A stretch of DNA of 63,239 nucleotides, filler included, from Octopus bimaculoides (taxonomy: Eukaryota): NCBI RefSeq assembly GCF_001194135.2. It is 5 parts of 5 records of this genome, joined end to end, with 100 filler letters (N's around TTAATTAATTAA, not from the genome) between each part and the next. Parts side by side here need not be neighbours in the genome. Positions count along the whole stretch, not along the records: positions 9,893 to 24,561 come from NC_068992.1; positions 24,662 to 53,735 come from NC_068998.1; 3 more parts are not named here. One strand, written 5' to 3'. The notes beneath the pieces are model-generated. The model did not search any database and had not been told where the DNA came from. It was given only the letters and a program-made list of their open reading frames with translations. Position 1 is the first letter of the stretch. Each line of letters begins with the position of its first letter. Positions 24,081 to 37,610 of the stretch are shown here, piece after piece. The translations under genes and the position numbers were made by a program.

Positions 24081-24305
24081 GTATGCATAAATGTGTGAAC
24101 ATATAAATATATATCTATATGTTTATATATATATATATATATATATATNNNNNNNNNNNNNNNNNNNNNNNNNNNNNNNNNNNNNNNNNNNNNNNNNNNN
24201 NNNNNNNNNNNNNNNNNNNNNNNNNNNNNNNNNNNNNNNNNNNNNNNNNNNNNNNNNNNNNNNNNNNNNNNNNNNNNNNNNNNNNNNNNNNNNNNNNNNN
24301 NNNNN

Positions 24306-24376
<71 letters not shown>

Positions 24377-25189
24377 GAGAGAGTGTGAGTGTGTGTGTGT
24401 GACTGTGTCTGTGTTTCTGTATGTCATTCAGCATATAGACTACACAACACAGACTTTAAGAAAAGACTTTCACTTTGAACAATTTGTATATGTATGAGTA
24501 TATATATATATATATATATACATATATATTTCGTGTATATATATAGTGTATATATATATATNNNNNNNNNNNNNNNNNNNNNNNNNNNNNNNNNNNNNNN
24601 NNNNNTTAATTAATTAANNNNNNNNNNNNNNNNNNNNNNNNNNNNNNNNNNNNNNNNNNNNGCTCTTCCGATCTATATATATATAAGGTTCAATATATGG
24701 ATTCAAGTAATCCGGCAGTACTCAGAAAAAAGAACTCCTTAATATATCAGTCTACTAACCATATAGAATATGTAGTTCGAATCAAGAGAAAACGATAAGG
24801 AGTGTGTAAAGTTATAAATGACACCGTCCTTGCGAAATCGATAATTAACTTCCAGTTATGCTCTATCATGGCCGCTGTCTAATGACTAGTTGATGTCAGT
24901 GTAATAATAAGATTTACAGAAGTACTCGCTGCGATTATTTTGATCTGACACTCTTACACACACACACACACACACATGTGTGTGTGTGTATGTGTGTGTG
25001 CGTGTGCGTGCAATAAATTGGAAAAGTATTCAATGCATATATTAAAGTGAAGTACTTATAGTCGTTGTATGACTTATTAATCCATGGCTTCAAGTTTCAT
25101 TTTTATCTATAGCAAAAAAAAAAAAGAAAAAAGAACGAAAAACAAAACAAAAGAAAACAAACTTTATTTAAAGTTCTTGTTGCCCTTTT

Positions 25190-26330
25190 GATGATTACTA
25201 TATCCAGCATTTCTGAAAGTCGCTCTTATGCGTCAGTAATTTCACCAAAGCTTTTAGATAAGATCTCTGTTGTGCAGCTGTGTCTCCTTTGCTAACTGAA
25301 CAAGACCCTTTAGGCTTTGTTCACGCCTTAAGGTTTTGTAGGAGAGGATCTCGTTATCAGCATCCAGCTCATGCTGGATATCATCTGTATCAACATTTTC
25401 AAATCCCACTTCCTATGCCATTTCTATAAGGCTATTGCAGATTGGAGCTTTTTCATCCTCAACTCGCATGGTCTTCCTTAACTACGTTTGGATACAATTT
25501 TGTCTAAACCCACTGTAACATTTATGATTATTTTCTTTCCAGTCACCTTAAATATTTTTAATGCTGGCATAATCTTGTAACCTTCCCAGAGTTCTTTGCT
25601 GAATTTATTATCGGTCGCCGTAATCAAGTTACTTAAAGCTCAGTCGAAAATACCATTCTGATCCATTACCAGTAGTAGTAAAGTTGTGTTTGATGGAATG
25701 AAAGCGATTTCAACACGTAAGTACGTAACATTTGAAGTGAATTGAGATTTGAAATATGCCCAAGAGCGCTGTCGAAAAGCAGAATTGCATTCGGTTCGAA
25801 ATTATTCTCCTTGCAGTAATGTTTGACAACGAATGATTCAGTAAATAAATTCTATGAAACCTAAGCTTTTCTTTTAGATTTCTATATAACAGCCAAACTC
25901 GATTTGGCGACATCTTTCATTGCTCTTGCAGCAGAATGATAAACAAGGAATGGCTTAAGTTTCAACACTCAAGTGGCATTTACTCCTTATAAAATTGTGA
26001 AACGATCTTTTTATATCCAGGCTCCTTCTCCTTCTTTGAAAGTTTTAGCAAGTAAACGTTCCCAAAATAGCACATATTCGTTTACCTGAAAACTAGATTT
26101 CTCTTCAATTATATTGCAAATTTCGATGCTACTTGGATGTCAGCACTTTCTGATTCCCCTGTTAGAGAAATTAGATCATTTCTTGAACTACTATCCACGA
26201 GAAGCAATGAATGTTTGGGTAAATTGCTGAACTTCTTGTTTCAACTAATTAAACAAATTGAATGTTTTTTGGTGGATGACGGGCTCGGGAGAATGGTGAG
26301 TAACACTGTGACATATCTACTCAAACACTT
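25190..26330 (-). pseudogene. Fossil pogo/Tigger transposase (DDE_1)
   Basis: Frameshifted minus-strand blocks TFIASRG, TGESESAD, LFWERL..KT, KDRFTIL, LKLKPFLVYHS, AILLFDSALGH, FIPSNTT.LL.MDQ, EVGFENVDTDDI in Tigger order. Confidence 0.85.
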
Positions 26331-26346
26331 AATATTTTTTACGTAT

Positions 26347-26570
26347 AAGACAGCGAGCTGGTAGAAGCGATAGCACGCCGGGTAAAATGCTTAGCGACAT
26401 TCCATCCGTCTTTACGTTCTGGATTGATTCAAATGCCGTCGGGGCCGACTTTGCTTTTCATCCCTTTGGGTTCAATAAAATAGGTACCAGTTGAACACTG
26501 GAGCCGATTTAATTGACTTAGCCCCTACCCCGCAATTGCTGGCTTTGTGCCAAAATTTGAAATCAATATT
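26347..26570 (+). mobile_element. SINE family C
   Basis: agcgagctggtagaa...gactttgcttttcatccc...ggctttgtgccaaaatttgaa. Confidence 0.85.
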
Positions 26571-27073
26571 TTCTCCTTATTTTTCCTTAATTTACTGTGT
26601 GGATGTGTTTGTTCCGAAGCGTTACTCTCGCTTGAATCTTAAAACGCAACATGTATTTTTCAGATTGATTCATTATGATTTTTTAACAGTGCAAGACCAA
26701 ATGACACTACAATAACAATTTTCTTTAACCCTCCTTCTATTCTTTTTTCAATCGTTAGTTATGATATTGCTTTTGACTAACTTTACATAATGGGATAACC
26801 TCAGTACTGAATTATTATCATTATACTTTTTCTTTTATGGTGGTGGGGAAATTACTGTAGTTAAAGGAATTACAAAATTTCTATGCATGCAGTACTTCAG
26901 GACGAAGAAGCAAACCAAATGTGACTAATTGTTTTCTTTTGTGAAAACCAGTTAAGCAATGCGTCATTCAAATTTAGTGGAGAATTCTGGAGACGACCAG
27001 ACAATAAAAACAGTGTCTTTTCGTAGTTTTGGTTGTAAAATTGCTATAATATTTAGCTTATCTATCTATCTAC

Positions 27074-27145
<72 letters not shown>

Positions 27146-27381
27146 ATTACGGATATGTACTTGCATAGCAAGTGACCTGATCTCAGATCGTGTGTTGGAA
27201 CGGAAACAATTGCAGCGTGGAAGGTGTTTATAAGCTATTTAAAATAACACACAAAAACCGTTAGATTCACTTCAACATTTAAATTTAATTTGCCAAAATA
27301 TTTTCTTCGCTTTGACGNNNNNNNNNNCGTTAGATTCACTTCAACATTTAAATTTAATTTGCCAAAATATTTTCTTCGCTT

Positions 27382-27432
<51 letters not shown>

Positions 27433-29341
27433 TGTATGCGTGGTGTACGTACTCACACTCATATATAAGCAAATACATACGCACTCACACATACATACAT
27501 ACATACATACATACATACATACTAGCGGAATCTGACGTTTTGGAGATGCGAGATGAGGATTCGAAATGGAATGAAAGGTTCGTTAGACTCTTCGAAACTG
27601 TGTCTCTAAGTCTTTGGTGTGACTTCGATCAAAGACAAGCAAGGTGAAAACATGTCAGCTGCAACATTGTCTTATATTATTCATTATCAAAAGTTGAAAA
27701 ATAAAAAAATAAATTTTTTTTTAAATAATTAAAAACAGACGAAAAGGAAAAGAGAAAAAGAAAAACAATGCAAACCGATAACAACATAAGATGGCGGAGA
27801 TATTAAAAATTTTAAAAACAGTGTGTGAGAGCGTGAGCTTATCTTTTGATCTCGCTCGTTGCAATTTCACTGTTCTTATCAATAGCGTGGAAGACCCGTT
27901 AACATTTCAGCTGCGGAACAAAGTGAACGTTTAGTGCGGTCTTTGTAATAGTGAGAAACACCTTATGTTTTCTTATTGCAGTGAGAACCAACAGGACGTA
28001 CACAGCCTGAGGATAAATACAAACTTTAACTTTTATTCGTACTTGCTCCCTTTTTTATTAGTTTTCTCTCACATTTGTACTTCTTTTCTGTTCTTGGATG
28101 TCGTGTTTTATTTAATGTTTTTTTGTTGTTCTTTCAAGACATTTTCATTTTATACTTCTTTTTATTCTTTCTCATTCTCTTTTAATTTTACACTCACCAT
28201 TTCTTTCTACTCCTCTTTCGTCTTCATTTTATACTCAACTCTGTCTGCCTGTCTGACTGCCTGTCTCTCTCTCCCTTTCTCTCTCTTCATCATCTTTTTC
28301 TCTTTTCTCCTCTACTATCTCCCTTCTTTCACCATATTTTCTCTGTATTTTACCCTTTTCTTCATATCTTTCTGTGTCTCCCCCCCCCTCTTCTTCAGTG
28401 AGAGTGTTTCTACATATTTGCTCGAATAGCAAGAAATAGACGCCAAAAACTCTCCCATATTACACGCTACCGTCTTGTATAAGAAATATATTAGATAGTG
28501 TCGACTAAGGTTACACCATGTCCAAGTTGTCATGGCTGGAACGCTTTTAATCATCGGCCTGCTTAATCCCACAATCGACTCGGGGTTAACCAACAACTTC
28601 CTCTTTTTCATCAATAGTCTTATTGTCACCTTGTCTTCGTTCTCTTCTACTTTCTCTAATGTTTTCTGTCTTCCCTCTGTCGTATATTCTTACAATTTTA
28701 TCTCTCTTCACCTGTCGTTTAGTCACNNNNNNNNNNNNNNNNNNNNNNNNNNNNNNNNNNNNNNNNNNNNNNNNNNNNNNNNNNNNNNNNNNNNNNNNNN
28801 NNNNNNNNNNNNNNNNNNNNNNNNNNNNNNNNNNNNNNNNNNNNNNNNNNNNNNNNNNNNNNNNNNNNNNNNNNCTCCCACATTGTTTTTTTTACACCTT
28901 TCCCTTCTTCAGCCATTAATATCTATTGTGAAATGAGAATGTGCGATTATTGTTCTTTGAAGAACATCCAAACAATAGCTTAAGGATAACGGCAATGCAC
29001 AACAACCCCAGCGTCAATAACATCGCCACCACTACGAGCAGCAGCAGCAGCGGCGGCGGTGGTGGTGGTGGTAGTAGTAGTAGTAGTAACAGCGGCAGCC
29101 GCAACAGCTATAGTGATAATAATTACAGCAGCATCGATAGTAGCATGAACAAGAACAACAATATGACTAATTACTGAGATAGCAGCGTCAATAGCAACGG
29201 CAATTACAACCATAATTATCAACATCAACGTGAGCAACCACAGAAACAGGAGAAACAGGAGAGACTCTAATGCAACAACAGAAGCAATATCAACAATTAT
29301 GTTAGCAATAAGGAAGGAAGTAACAACTATGAAGATAATAA

Positions 29342-29556
29342 TCCCTTTCTACTACAGGCACAAGGCCTGAAATTTTGGGAGAGGGGCTAAGTCGATTACA
29401 TCGACCCCGGTGCTCAACTGATACTTATTTTATCGACTCCGAAAGGATGAAAAGCAAAGTCGACCTCGGCGGAATTTGAACTCAGAACGTAGCGACGGCG
29501 AAATGCTGCGAAGTATTTCATCCGATGTGCTAACGATTCTGCCAGCTCGCCGCCTT
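29342..29556 (-). mobile_element. SINE family C, full length
   Basis: On the - strand: aaggcggcgagctggcagaa head, gcttttcatcctttcggagtcgataaaataagt central domain, ggccttgtgcctgtagtagaaag tail. Confidence 0.9.
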
Positions 29557-29589
29557 AACTATGAAGATAATAATGATTTCTATCATAGG

Positions 29590-30190
29590 CAAAAATGCTT
29601 CGTGTTATGTAGAGAGGGATACGGTTTGATTTAAATAACAACAGTATATGACTGGTACGTATTTAATCGATGTCACGAGATTGAAGGTTACAGTTGAAGA
29701 TGGTGGGATTTGAACTCAGAAGGTAAAAGAAGAAACGTTAAGTAAATGACTCTTTCTACAATAAACGCAAAACCTGAATTTTTGCGGGGGTGGTGAGTAG
29801 TAAATTACATTGAGCCCGGTGCTCAAGTGGTACTAATTTTATCAACTCCAAAAAGATGAAAGATAAAGTCGACCTCTCGTCCTTTCGGGGTCGATAAGGT
29901 AAGTACCATTTGAACACTGAGGCTGGTGTCAGCTGCTTTGCCAATTTTGTTATTAACCACCTTTAGCTACACCTTCAATAATAGTTTCTAATTCAGGCAC
30001 AAAACCAGCAGTTTTTGAGCGGTCGAGTTAGTCCATATCATTGACCCAAATACTTTATTGGTACTTTATTTTATCGACCCCGAAACGATGAAAGGCAAGG
30101 TTTCCCTCGTCAGGATTTGAACTCAGAACGTAAAGACAGAACAAATACCGCAAAGCATTTTTGCCGACGCTCTAACGTTTTAGTTGGGTT
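29590..30190. mobile_element. Cluster of three or four decayed family C SINE pieces in both orientations
   Basis: Repeated gatttgaactcagaa, gtcgacc and tcgaccc motifs. Confidence 0.7.
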
Positions 30191-30471
30191 GCTGTTATTG
30201 TAACACCATTAATCATATCATAAATTTGGACAACGTCATTAAAAACCTCTTTAATCGTCACTGTGTTGAACAGAGAACGAACATTTTTGTTGGAAAGTGT
30301 ATGCTCTATGTACATTTAATTCGGTTATCTTAACACAATCGTTTGTATTACAACATAAAAAAGTGTCTTCGTTGCCAGCCAATATGATGTTCAAGGTCTT
30401 TTCTGCCTGCTTTTAAAACAAGCCGTTTGAGCCAACAACAATGCCTTTTATTCGGTTAGTCAACTCACATG

Positions 30472-30950
30472 TATCAGGTCATCCCATAAGTTCTGTCCGA
30501 ATTTTGAATAAAGAAAACAAGTGATCAAATGTTATATTTAATTGAAATTTAATCGTCAATGTACTTACCCTGATTATCTATGACTTCCTTCCATCTATTT
30601 ACAAGGTTTTTAATCCCATCAATGTAAAACTCTTTTGGTTTCAAAGCAAAGAACTCTGAAATGTCAGTTTCGACCTCTTCCTGGCTTGCGAAAATTATGT
30701 CCCCCAAATGATTCTGTAAACTAGGAAACAAGGAGCAAGGTCGGGAGAATAAGGTGGATGAGGAATTTTTTCCCAACCAAGCTCTTCGATCTTCTGTGAT
30801 GTGATCTTTGCAGTTTGGACACATTAATTAATCCAGTTCTAGACACACTTTTGTCTAAAGGGCACGCTGGAGGATGTAGTCTTAGATACAACTATGTCTG
30901 ACTGACACATTAACTAATATACTCTTCAGTACACTTTACACGAAAAAAAA
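30472..30950 (-). mobile_element. Mariner 3' end (internally deleted)
   Basis: TA-TCAGGTCATCCCATAAGTTCTG TIR; LFPSLQNHL...FASQEEVE..ISEFF..KPKEFYIDGIKNLVNRWKEVIDNQGKYIDD* is a mariner C-terminus. Confidence 0.88.
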
Positions 30951-31410
30951 AATGAAGATAAGATAGCTCCTGTGTACAATATTTTAAAAATTTCTTGCAG
31001 TTCCAAGCAATGCTAATTTTTGTAGGTGGTTCTACCTTCACACTTGCACCAATCTTTTTCAGCCATGTTAGTAGCTAGTATTATCCGATGATGGAATCAA
31101 GTTACAATCGTTATTTTGAACCACCAGGCCCCCAAGAAACAGCTGCTGGACTCGTAAAACACTTATTCAACACCTTTAATTCCTGATAGCGTTTCTATTC
31201 CGCGTAAGTCGTACTTTTTTATATGTAAACATATGTACCTTTTTTTTTGTATTAAATGTATTTAATTTTTTTTGTATATCGACTGCCTAACTTGCTTATC
31301 CTTACATTTACTCCTCTACCTGCTCAAGTTTAAACCTCTTGAGCACTACGAAGTGTATTCTATACAGAGAATATTTGTCTCTCATCTATAAACTCTTTGT
31401 GTATGTATGT

Positions 31411-31448
<38 letters not shown>

Positions 31449-31800
31449 CTGCATGCATGTATGTATGTATGTATGTATGTATGTATGTATGTATGTATGT
31501 ATGTATATGTATATGTATGTGTAGCAAACCAAACGCATAGGCCACTTCCAGGTTAAAAGGTTATGGGAACGGCGTGGATGGCATTGATGTTACAAGAACT
31601 CTGTATATTTGAACATAATTAAGATAACAAGTAAAGGATAGGAAAATGACTGATAAAGATTTAAATGGAATGCGATGAAATGATAATAAAAGAACTGAAA
31701 GAAGAACTGGTGATAATAGAATATGGTAAATTAAATGGAAATAAAGGAGCCGAGTAATAAAAGGAAATAAAATGTGATAGTAACAAAAGAACCGATAAAA

Positions 31801-32041
31801 ATAATGGTTTCAAATTTTGGTACAGAGCCAGCAATTTCGGAGGAAGAATGTAAGTCGGTTACATGTAAGTCGGTTACATGTAAGTCGATAAGATCGACCC
31901 CAGTGCTCGTCGTTAATTCATCGACCCCACAAAAGGATAAAAAGCAAAATCGACCTTGACGGAATTTGAATTCAGAAACGGATGAAATGTGGCTAAGCAT
32001 TTTGTTCGGCGTTGCTAACGCTTCTGCCAGTTTGTCGCCTT
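31801..32041 (-). mobile_element. SINE family C with an internal 15-bp tandem duplication
   Basis: Family motifs present; atgtaagtcggttac repeated. Confidence 0.8.
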
Positions 32042-32478
32042 CAGAAGCGATTTAAAATAAATAAATAAATAAATTGGAGGTAATCGCCGACATTATGCTA
32101 AGCAGTATGTTTACATTACATGGACTGTTGAATTGTTGACAGAAATAATGAACAGTTGACCGCTATCTCTACGATGGTTACTTCTGTCAACAGTTCAACA
32201 AACCACAATGTTATATGTAAAGGTTACACATCTCTGAGTGTTTGACAAATCATTTTGATTATGTAATGTACATTGTGTAGTTAGGAATAGTTTTTTTCTA
32301 TTAAAGAAGCGTGCGTAAGATAAACAAACTGTCATGTTTTGATTTACTTTCCATACGTACTCCGTGACATACCCAAATGCTAGATTCATACCAAACGATG
32401 CGAGTAAAATAACAGAAAGGAGAATACATATGTTCTAAATACTGGTTATTTGCTGTGCAATTCGAAACTCAAACAGCA

Positions 32479-32531
<53 letters not shown>

Positions 32532-33517
32532 NNNNNNNNNNNNNNNNNNNNNNNNNNNNNNNNNNNNNNNNNNNNNNNNNNNNNNNNNNNNNNNNNNNNN
32601 NNNNNNNNNNNNNNNNNNNNNNNNNNNNNNNNNNNNNNNNNNNNNNNNNNNNNNNNNNNNNNNNNNNNNNNNNNNNNNNNNNNNNNNNNNNNNNNNNNNN
32701 NNNNNNNNNNNNNNNNNNNNNNNNNNNNNNNNNNNNNNNNNNNNNNNNNNNNNNNNNNNNNNNNNNNNNNNNNNNNNNNNNNNNNNNNNNNNNNNNNNNN
32801 NNNNNNNNNNNNNNNNNNNNNNNNNNNNNNNNNNNNNNNNNNNNNNNNNNNNNNNNNNNNNNNNNNNNNNNNNNNNNNNNNNNNNNNNNNNNNNNNNNNN
32901 NNNNNNNNNNNNNNNNNNNNNNNNNNNNNNNNNNNNNNNNNNNNNNNNNNNNNNNNNNNNNNNNNNNNNNNNNNNNNNNNNNNNNNNNNNNNNNNNNNNN
33001 NNNNNNNNNNNNNNNNNNNNNNNNNNNNNNNNNNNNNNNNNNNNNNNNNNNNNNNNNNNNNNNNNNNNNNNNNNNNNNNNNNNNNNNNNNNNNNNNNNNN
33101 NNNNNNNNNNNNNNNNNNNNNNNNNNNNNNNNNNNNNNNNNNNNNNNNNNNNNNNNNNNNNNNNNNNNNNNNNNNNNNNNNNNNNNNNNNNNNNNNNNNN
33201 NNNNNNNNNNNNNNNNNNNNNNNNNNNNNNNNNNNNNNNNNNNNNNNNNNNNNNNNNNNNNNNNNNNNNNNNNNNNNNNNNNNNNNNNNNNNNNNNNNNN
33301 NNNNNNNNNNNNNNNNNNNNNNNNNNNNNNNNNNNNNNNNNNNNNNNNNNNNNNNNNNNNNNNNNNNNNNNNNNNNNNNNNNNNNNNNNNNNNNNNNNNN
33401 NNNNNNNNNNNNNNNNNNNNNNNNNNNNNNNNNNNNNNNNNNNNNNNNNNNNNNNNNNNNNNNNNNNNNNNNNNNNNNNNNNNNNNNNNNNNNNNNNNNN
33501 NNNNNNNNNNNNNNNNN

Positions 33518-33571
<54 letters not shown>

Positions 33572-34159
33572 TCTCTTTTTGTCCCTGTCTCTATCTGTCT
33601 GTTTATCTGCCTGTCGGTCTGTCTCTTTCTTTCTTTCTTTCTCTTTTTCACCCCTTCCTCGAAAATATATTCCGGACTGATTTGCTATCTTTACTACACC
33701 TTTTTTGCCTACAGCAAGAATTTTGTCTCCGTGACAAAATGCAGTGAATGGCTTTCGTATATGTTCGAATATGTCTGAAGCATATTTGAACAGTAACAAG
33801 CTTACATATTCTGTAATAAATTTAGCTACTCCTTTTTTGAAGTACCATAGCATGTTTATCAATCTCTCTCATAATTTCTGACCTGTGCCTCCCCACATCC
33901 AAGAGCGAATGGATTAATATTATTTTTCCCCCCGTTACTCTGTACCACGAAGCAATACCCTTTCTTTTTTACGATCCAAGATGTAATGTCTTTCTTTTAT
34001 CACAGGCTATGCGAATTAATGTCTTCTCTTTGCCATGGACCAATAGCCGTTGTTCTTTTACGAATACAAATTAAAGAGGAAACAAAAGACTCCCACTTTC
34101 TCTTCTTCTTTCGATTCGACGATGACGAATACAACAACAACGAAAAGAGAAATTACATC

Positions 34160-34590
34160 AACTATTCTTTCAAATTTTGGCACAAGGCCAGCAATCTTTT
34201 GGGGGAAGTGACTGTTACTTCTTTTATCGTCTCCGAAATGATAAAAAGCAATACCAACCGCAGTGAAATTTGAACTCAGAACAACTCAAAACGTTATGAA
34301 TCGGAATAAATACTACAAAACATTTTTTGCCTGAAGCTCTAACAATTTGGTCAGCTCACAACCTTAATGACATTAAATAATTTCTTTCTAATTATGGTAC
34401 AATGCCAGCAATTTTGAAAGAAGGAGTAAGTCGATTCATCAACTCTTGTGCTCAACTGGTGCTTATTTTATCGACTCCGAAAGAATGATAGGCAAATTCG
34501 ACCTCTGCGGAATTTAAACCCGAAATGTAATGAGTCGGAAGAAATACCGCAAAGCATGTTTTCCGACATTCTGACAATTCTGCCTACTGA
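34160..34590 (-). mobile_element. Two tandem family C SINEs
   Basis: aaattttggcacaaggccagcaat and gaatttaaacccgaa motifs. Confidence 0.75.
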
Positions 34591-34739
34591 CTGGGTGTAG
34601 TGCTTAGTACCGGGTTTTATGGAGCGAGACACAATACATTGAATGAGAATAAGAGAAATGAGTGTGTCAAGAGTGCCTAAATGGACGTGGAACGAAACCA
34701 CGTTGTTCCTAGGAGCAGAATCCATTGTAATATTGTAGT

Positions 34740-34900
34740 TGGCAGTGAGGCGGTGAGCTGGCAGAATCTTTCGCATGCCAATCAAAATGCTTAGCGGCAT
34801 TTTGTCGATAAAATAAGTACCAGTCGAGCACTTGAGTCGATGTAATCGACATAGCTCTTCCCCCGAAATTGCTGGCCTTGTGCCAAAATTTGAAACTAAT
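34740..34900 (+). mobile_element. Family C SINE (internally deleted)
   Basis: gaggcggtgagctggcagaa head, ggccttgtgccaaaatttgaaac tail. Confidence 0.8.
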
Positions 34901-35233
34901 AATGTAGTTGGCAGTAGCGTACTGAGTGTGTGTGTGTTGTAGAGGGATGTCCGCCCCTAGCGACGCTTTTATGGGTGCAGCATATTTGGGTTTGTTGTAT
35001 AAACCTTTATAAGCTGCGTTGACCCAGATGGGAGTCGGGGGGGGGGAATTCAAGGGCTGTCCAGGTGGTACACACTTTAGTTACTCCACTGGTGAATAGA
35101 AAAGGAATAGAAGATGGGGTGGTGTATGATGGTGAGCGACTTCAAGCTAATTAGTGAAGTATTCTCTCTTTTGGATGCAATCTAGCATGCCTGTTTGCAT
35201 AGCAGCTGCACCGCCCCGGAATAATTTACGCAA

Positions 35234-35268
<35 letters not shown>

Positions 35269-35366
35269 ACAAATAGTAACCGAGGAAGAAAAAAACAAAT
35301 TTGAAGAAAGAAAACAAAGAGGAAAGAGAAAAATAACAGCAAATGTTAAACCATTACAAAACAAAT

Positions 35367-35432
<66 letters not shown>

Positions 35433-36548
35433 AACACTTGGCTGCAGCTAATTGTTTTGTTAATTAACGTCTCATTAACTGAGTCTTATGAAACATCTGC
35501 AGGTTCTGTTTGTTGTCTTCTCATTTCATTTCGTTTCATTTCATTCCAATGAAATCATCCTAATTTCATGTCTGTTTACTGAAGTTGGCTCTACTGAGCA
35601 TGCGTGCGGGCGTGCATTTGTGCGTGTGTGTGTGTGTGTTTCTGTGTGTTTCTGTGTATGTGTGTCTGTCCAGGTATGTGTGCGGTAGAAATGGGTATTA
35701 TGTTTGTTTCTATGTGGACAGGTTGGTTAACAGTTGTCACTGCTGTTGGTTGTTTAGTTCTAGGTCAGCCGTGGTCGAGCAAACCTAAAACAATACTGAC
35801 ATGACCATCACGCCTTATATTGACCAAGGAGAGAGAGAAAGAGAGAGAGAGAGANNNNNNNNNNNNNNNNNNNNNNNNNNNNNNNNNNNNNNNNNNNNNN
35901 NNNNNNNNNNNNNNNNNNNNNNNNNNNNNNNNNNNNNNNNNNNNNNNNNNNNNNNNNNNNNNNNNNNNNNNNNNNNNNNNNNNNNNNNNNNNNNNNNNNN
36001 NNNNNNNNNNNNNNNNNNNNNNNNNNNNNNNNNNNNNNNNNNNNNNNNNNNNNNNNNNNNNNNNNNNNNNNNNNNNNNNNNNNNNNNNNNNNNNNNNNNN
36101 NNNNNNNNNNNNNNNNNNNNNNNNNNNNNNNNNNNNNNNNNNNNNNNNNNNNNNNNNNNNNNNNNNNNNNNNNNNNNNNNNNNNNNNNNNNNNNNNNNNN
36201 NNNNNNNNNNNNNNNNNNNNNNNNNNNNNNNNNNNNNNNNNNNNNNNNNNNNNNNNNNNNNNNNNNNNNNNNNNNNNNNNNNNNNNNNNNNNNNNNNNNN
36301 NNNNNNNNNNNNNNNNNNNNNNNNNNNNNNNNNNNNNNNNNNNNNNNNNNNNNNNNNNNNNNNNNNNNNNNNNNNNNNNNNNNNNNNNNNNNNNNNNNNN
36401 NNNNNNNNNNNNNNNNNNNNNNNNNNNNNNNNNNNNNNNNNNNNNNNNNNNNNNNNNNNNNNNNNNNNNNNNNNNNNNNNNNNNNNNNNNNNNNNNNNNN
36501 NNNNNNNNNNNNNNNNNNNNNNNNNNNNNNNNNNNNNNNNNNNNNNNN

Positions 36549-36602
<54 letters not shown>

Positions 36603-36698
36603 ATCCAAAGAAAGAAGAACAAACAAGAAAAAACGATAACGCGAGGACGTGTTACAAGTACTGTATTATGAGACGCTCAAGAAAGGAAGGAAAAGAGG

Positions 36699-36733
36699 AT
36701 TTAACGTTTCGAGCCTTGCTCTTCTTCAGACAT
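36699..36733 (-). ncRNA. Degenerate minimal type I hammerhead ribozyme of Penelope pLTR type
   Basis: ATGT-CTGAAGA-A-GAGC-AAG-GCTC-GAAAC-GT-T-AAAT: conserved core, 4-bp stem II, palindromic ACGT stem III, stem I 3 of 4 paired. Confidence 0.55.
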
Positions 36734-36812
36734 AGAGGAAAGTCCAAAGGAAGGGAAGACGGAGGAAGAAAATTACCAACAATACACAATATATACAATA
36801 TATATACAATAC

Positions 36813-36845
<33 letters not shown>

Positions 36846-37471
36846 TGTATGTATACCTTGTCGGTTATCCAACGTCCTGCTGCCGAGCTCTAAGCCGTTG
36901 CTAGAGATATTGAAATAACACTATAATGACACTGGTATGATACTATCGCAAGTTATAGCCATACTATAGTGATACAGTAACATCTCTATAAAAACGCAGC
37001 AACATTGTTGGACTTTTAATAAACCATAGAATGACGAAGAATAACAAATAATTTAATAGTTGAAAATTGAGAAAACAGACTTCATTAAATGTTTAAAATA
37101 GGTAATTAGCTTCTCGTTTAATCAATGATGTTACTTAATTAGTTTTGCTTAATTGCTGTTGAAGTAACTTTAGGTTTTAAATGGAGTTTGTATTAACTAA
37201 AAACATTGTGAAATAGAAAGCAGTAACGTACCATAATACAATACTGCAATATACAGAACGGTAACACAAGCTTTAACGTAAAACTCGGTGGAAGAAAAAG
37301 CATTGTAATATACAACCGTGGAACAGACCACTGCAATACAGAACACTTTAACACACACAACAGTAACATTCAACACTGTTTTGCTTTCATTTCTAGAAAG
37401 CGTGGAACGCGGCGAAGAGGTTCCACATTGGTTAGTTTTCTCGGAGGTAAAATAGAAAATTTGTTATGGCA

Positions 37472-37610
37472 TACGGCGGGTCGTTGAAAAGTTCCTACCT
37501 TTGAGCAAAAGAAAATAATGGAGGATCATTTAATTATGATTTTATTCGACATATTCCCATCTCAGCTCCACACACTTATTGCGGTGGTCCTGTAAAAGAA
37601 CTCGGAATGT
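37472..37610 (-). mobile_element. Mariner 3' end
   Basis: TACGGCGGGTCGTTGAAAAGTTCC TIR-like sequence; LLQDHRNKCVELRWEYVE* resembles RW.KCVEL.GEYVE. Confidence 0.75.

Noticed and set aside
24662-24674. GCTCTTCCGATCT at a contig start
   Set aside because: Matches the Illumina adapter 3' end; an untrimmed adapter artefact.
27259-27386. Exact 59-bp direct duplication flanking a 10-N gap
   Set aside because: Typical unmerged contig overlap, not a real tandem duplication.
28941-29237. Ser/Gly/Asn-rich ORF; also poly-His/Gln/Pro ORFs at 42787-43350
   Set aside because: Mosaics of trinucleotide microsatellites with no splice or domain support.
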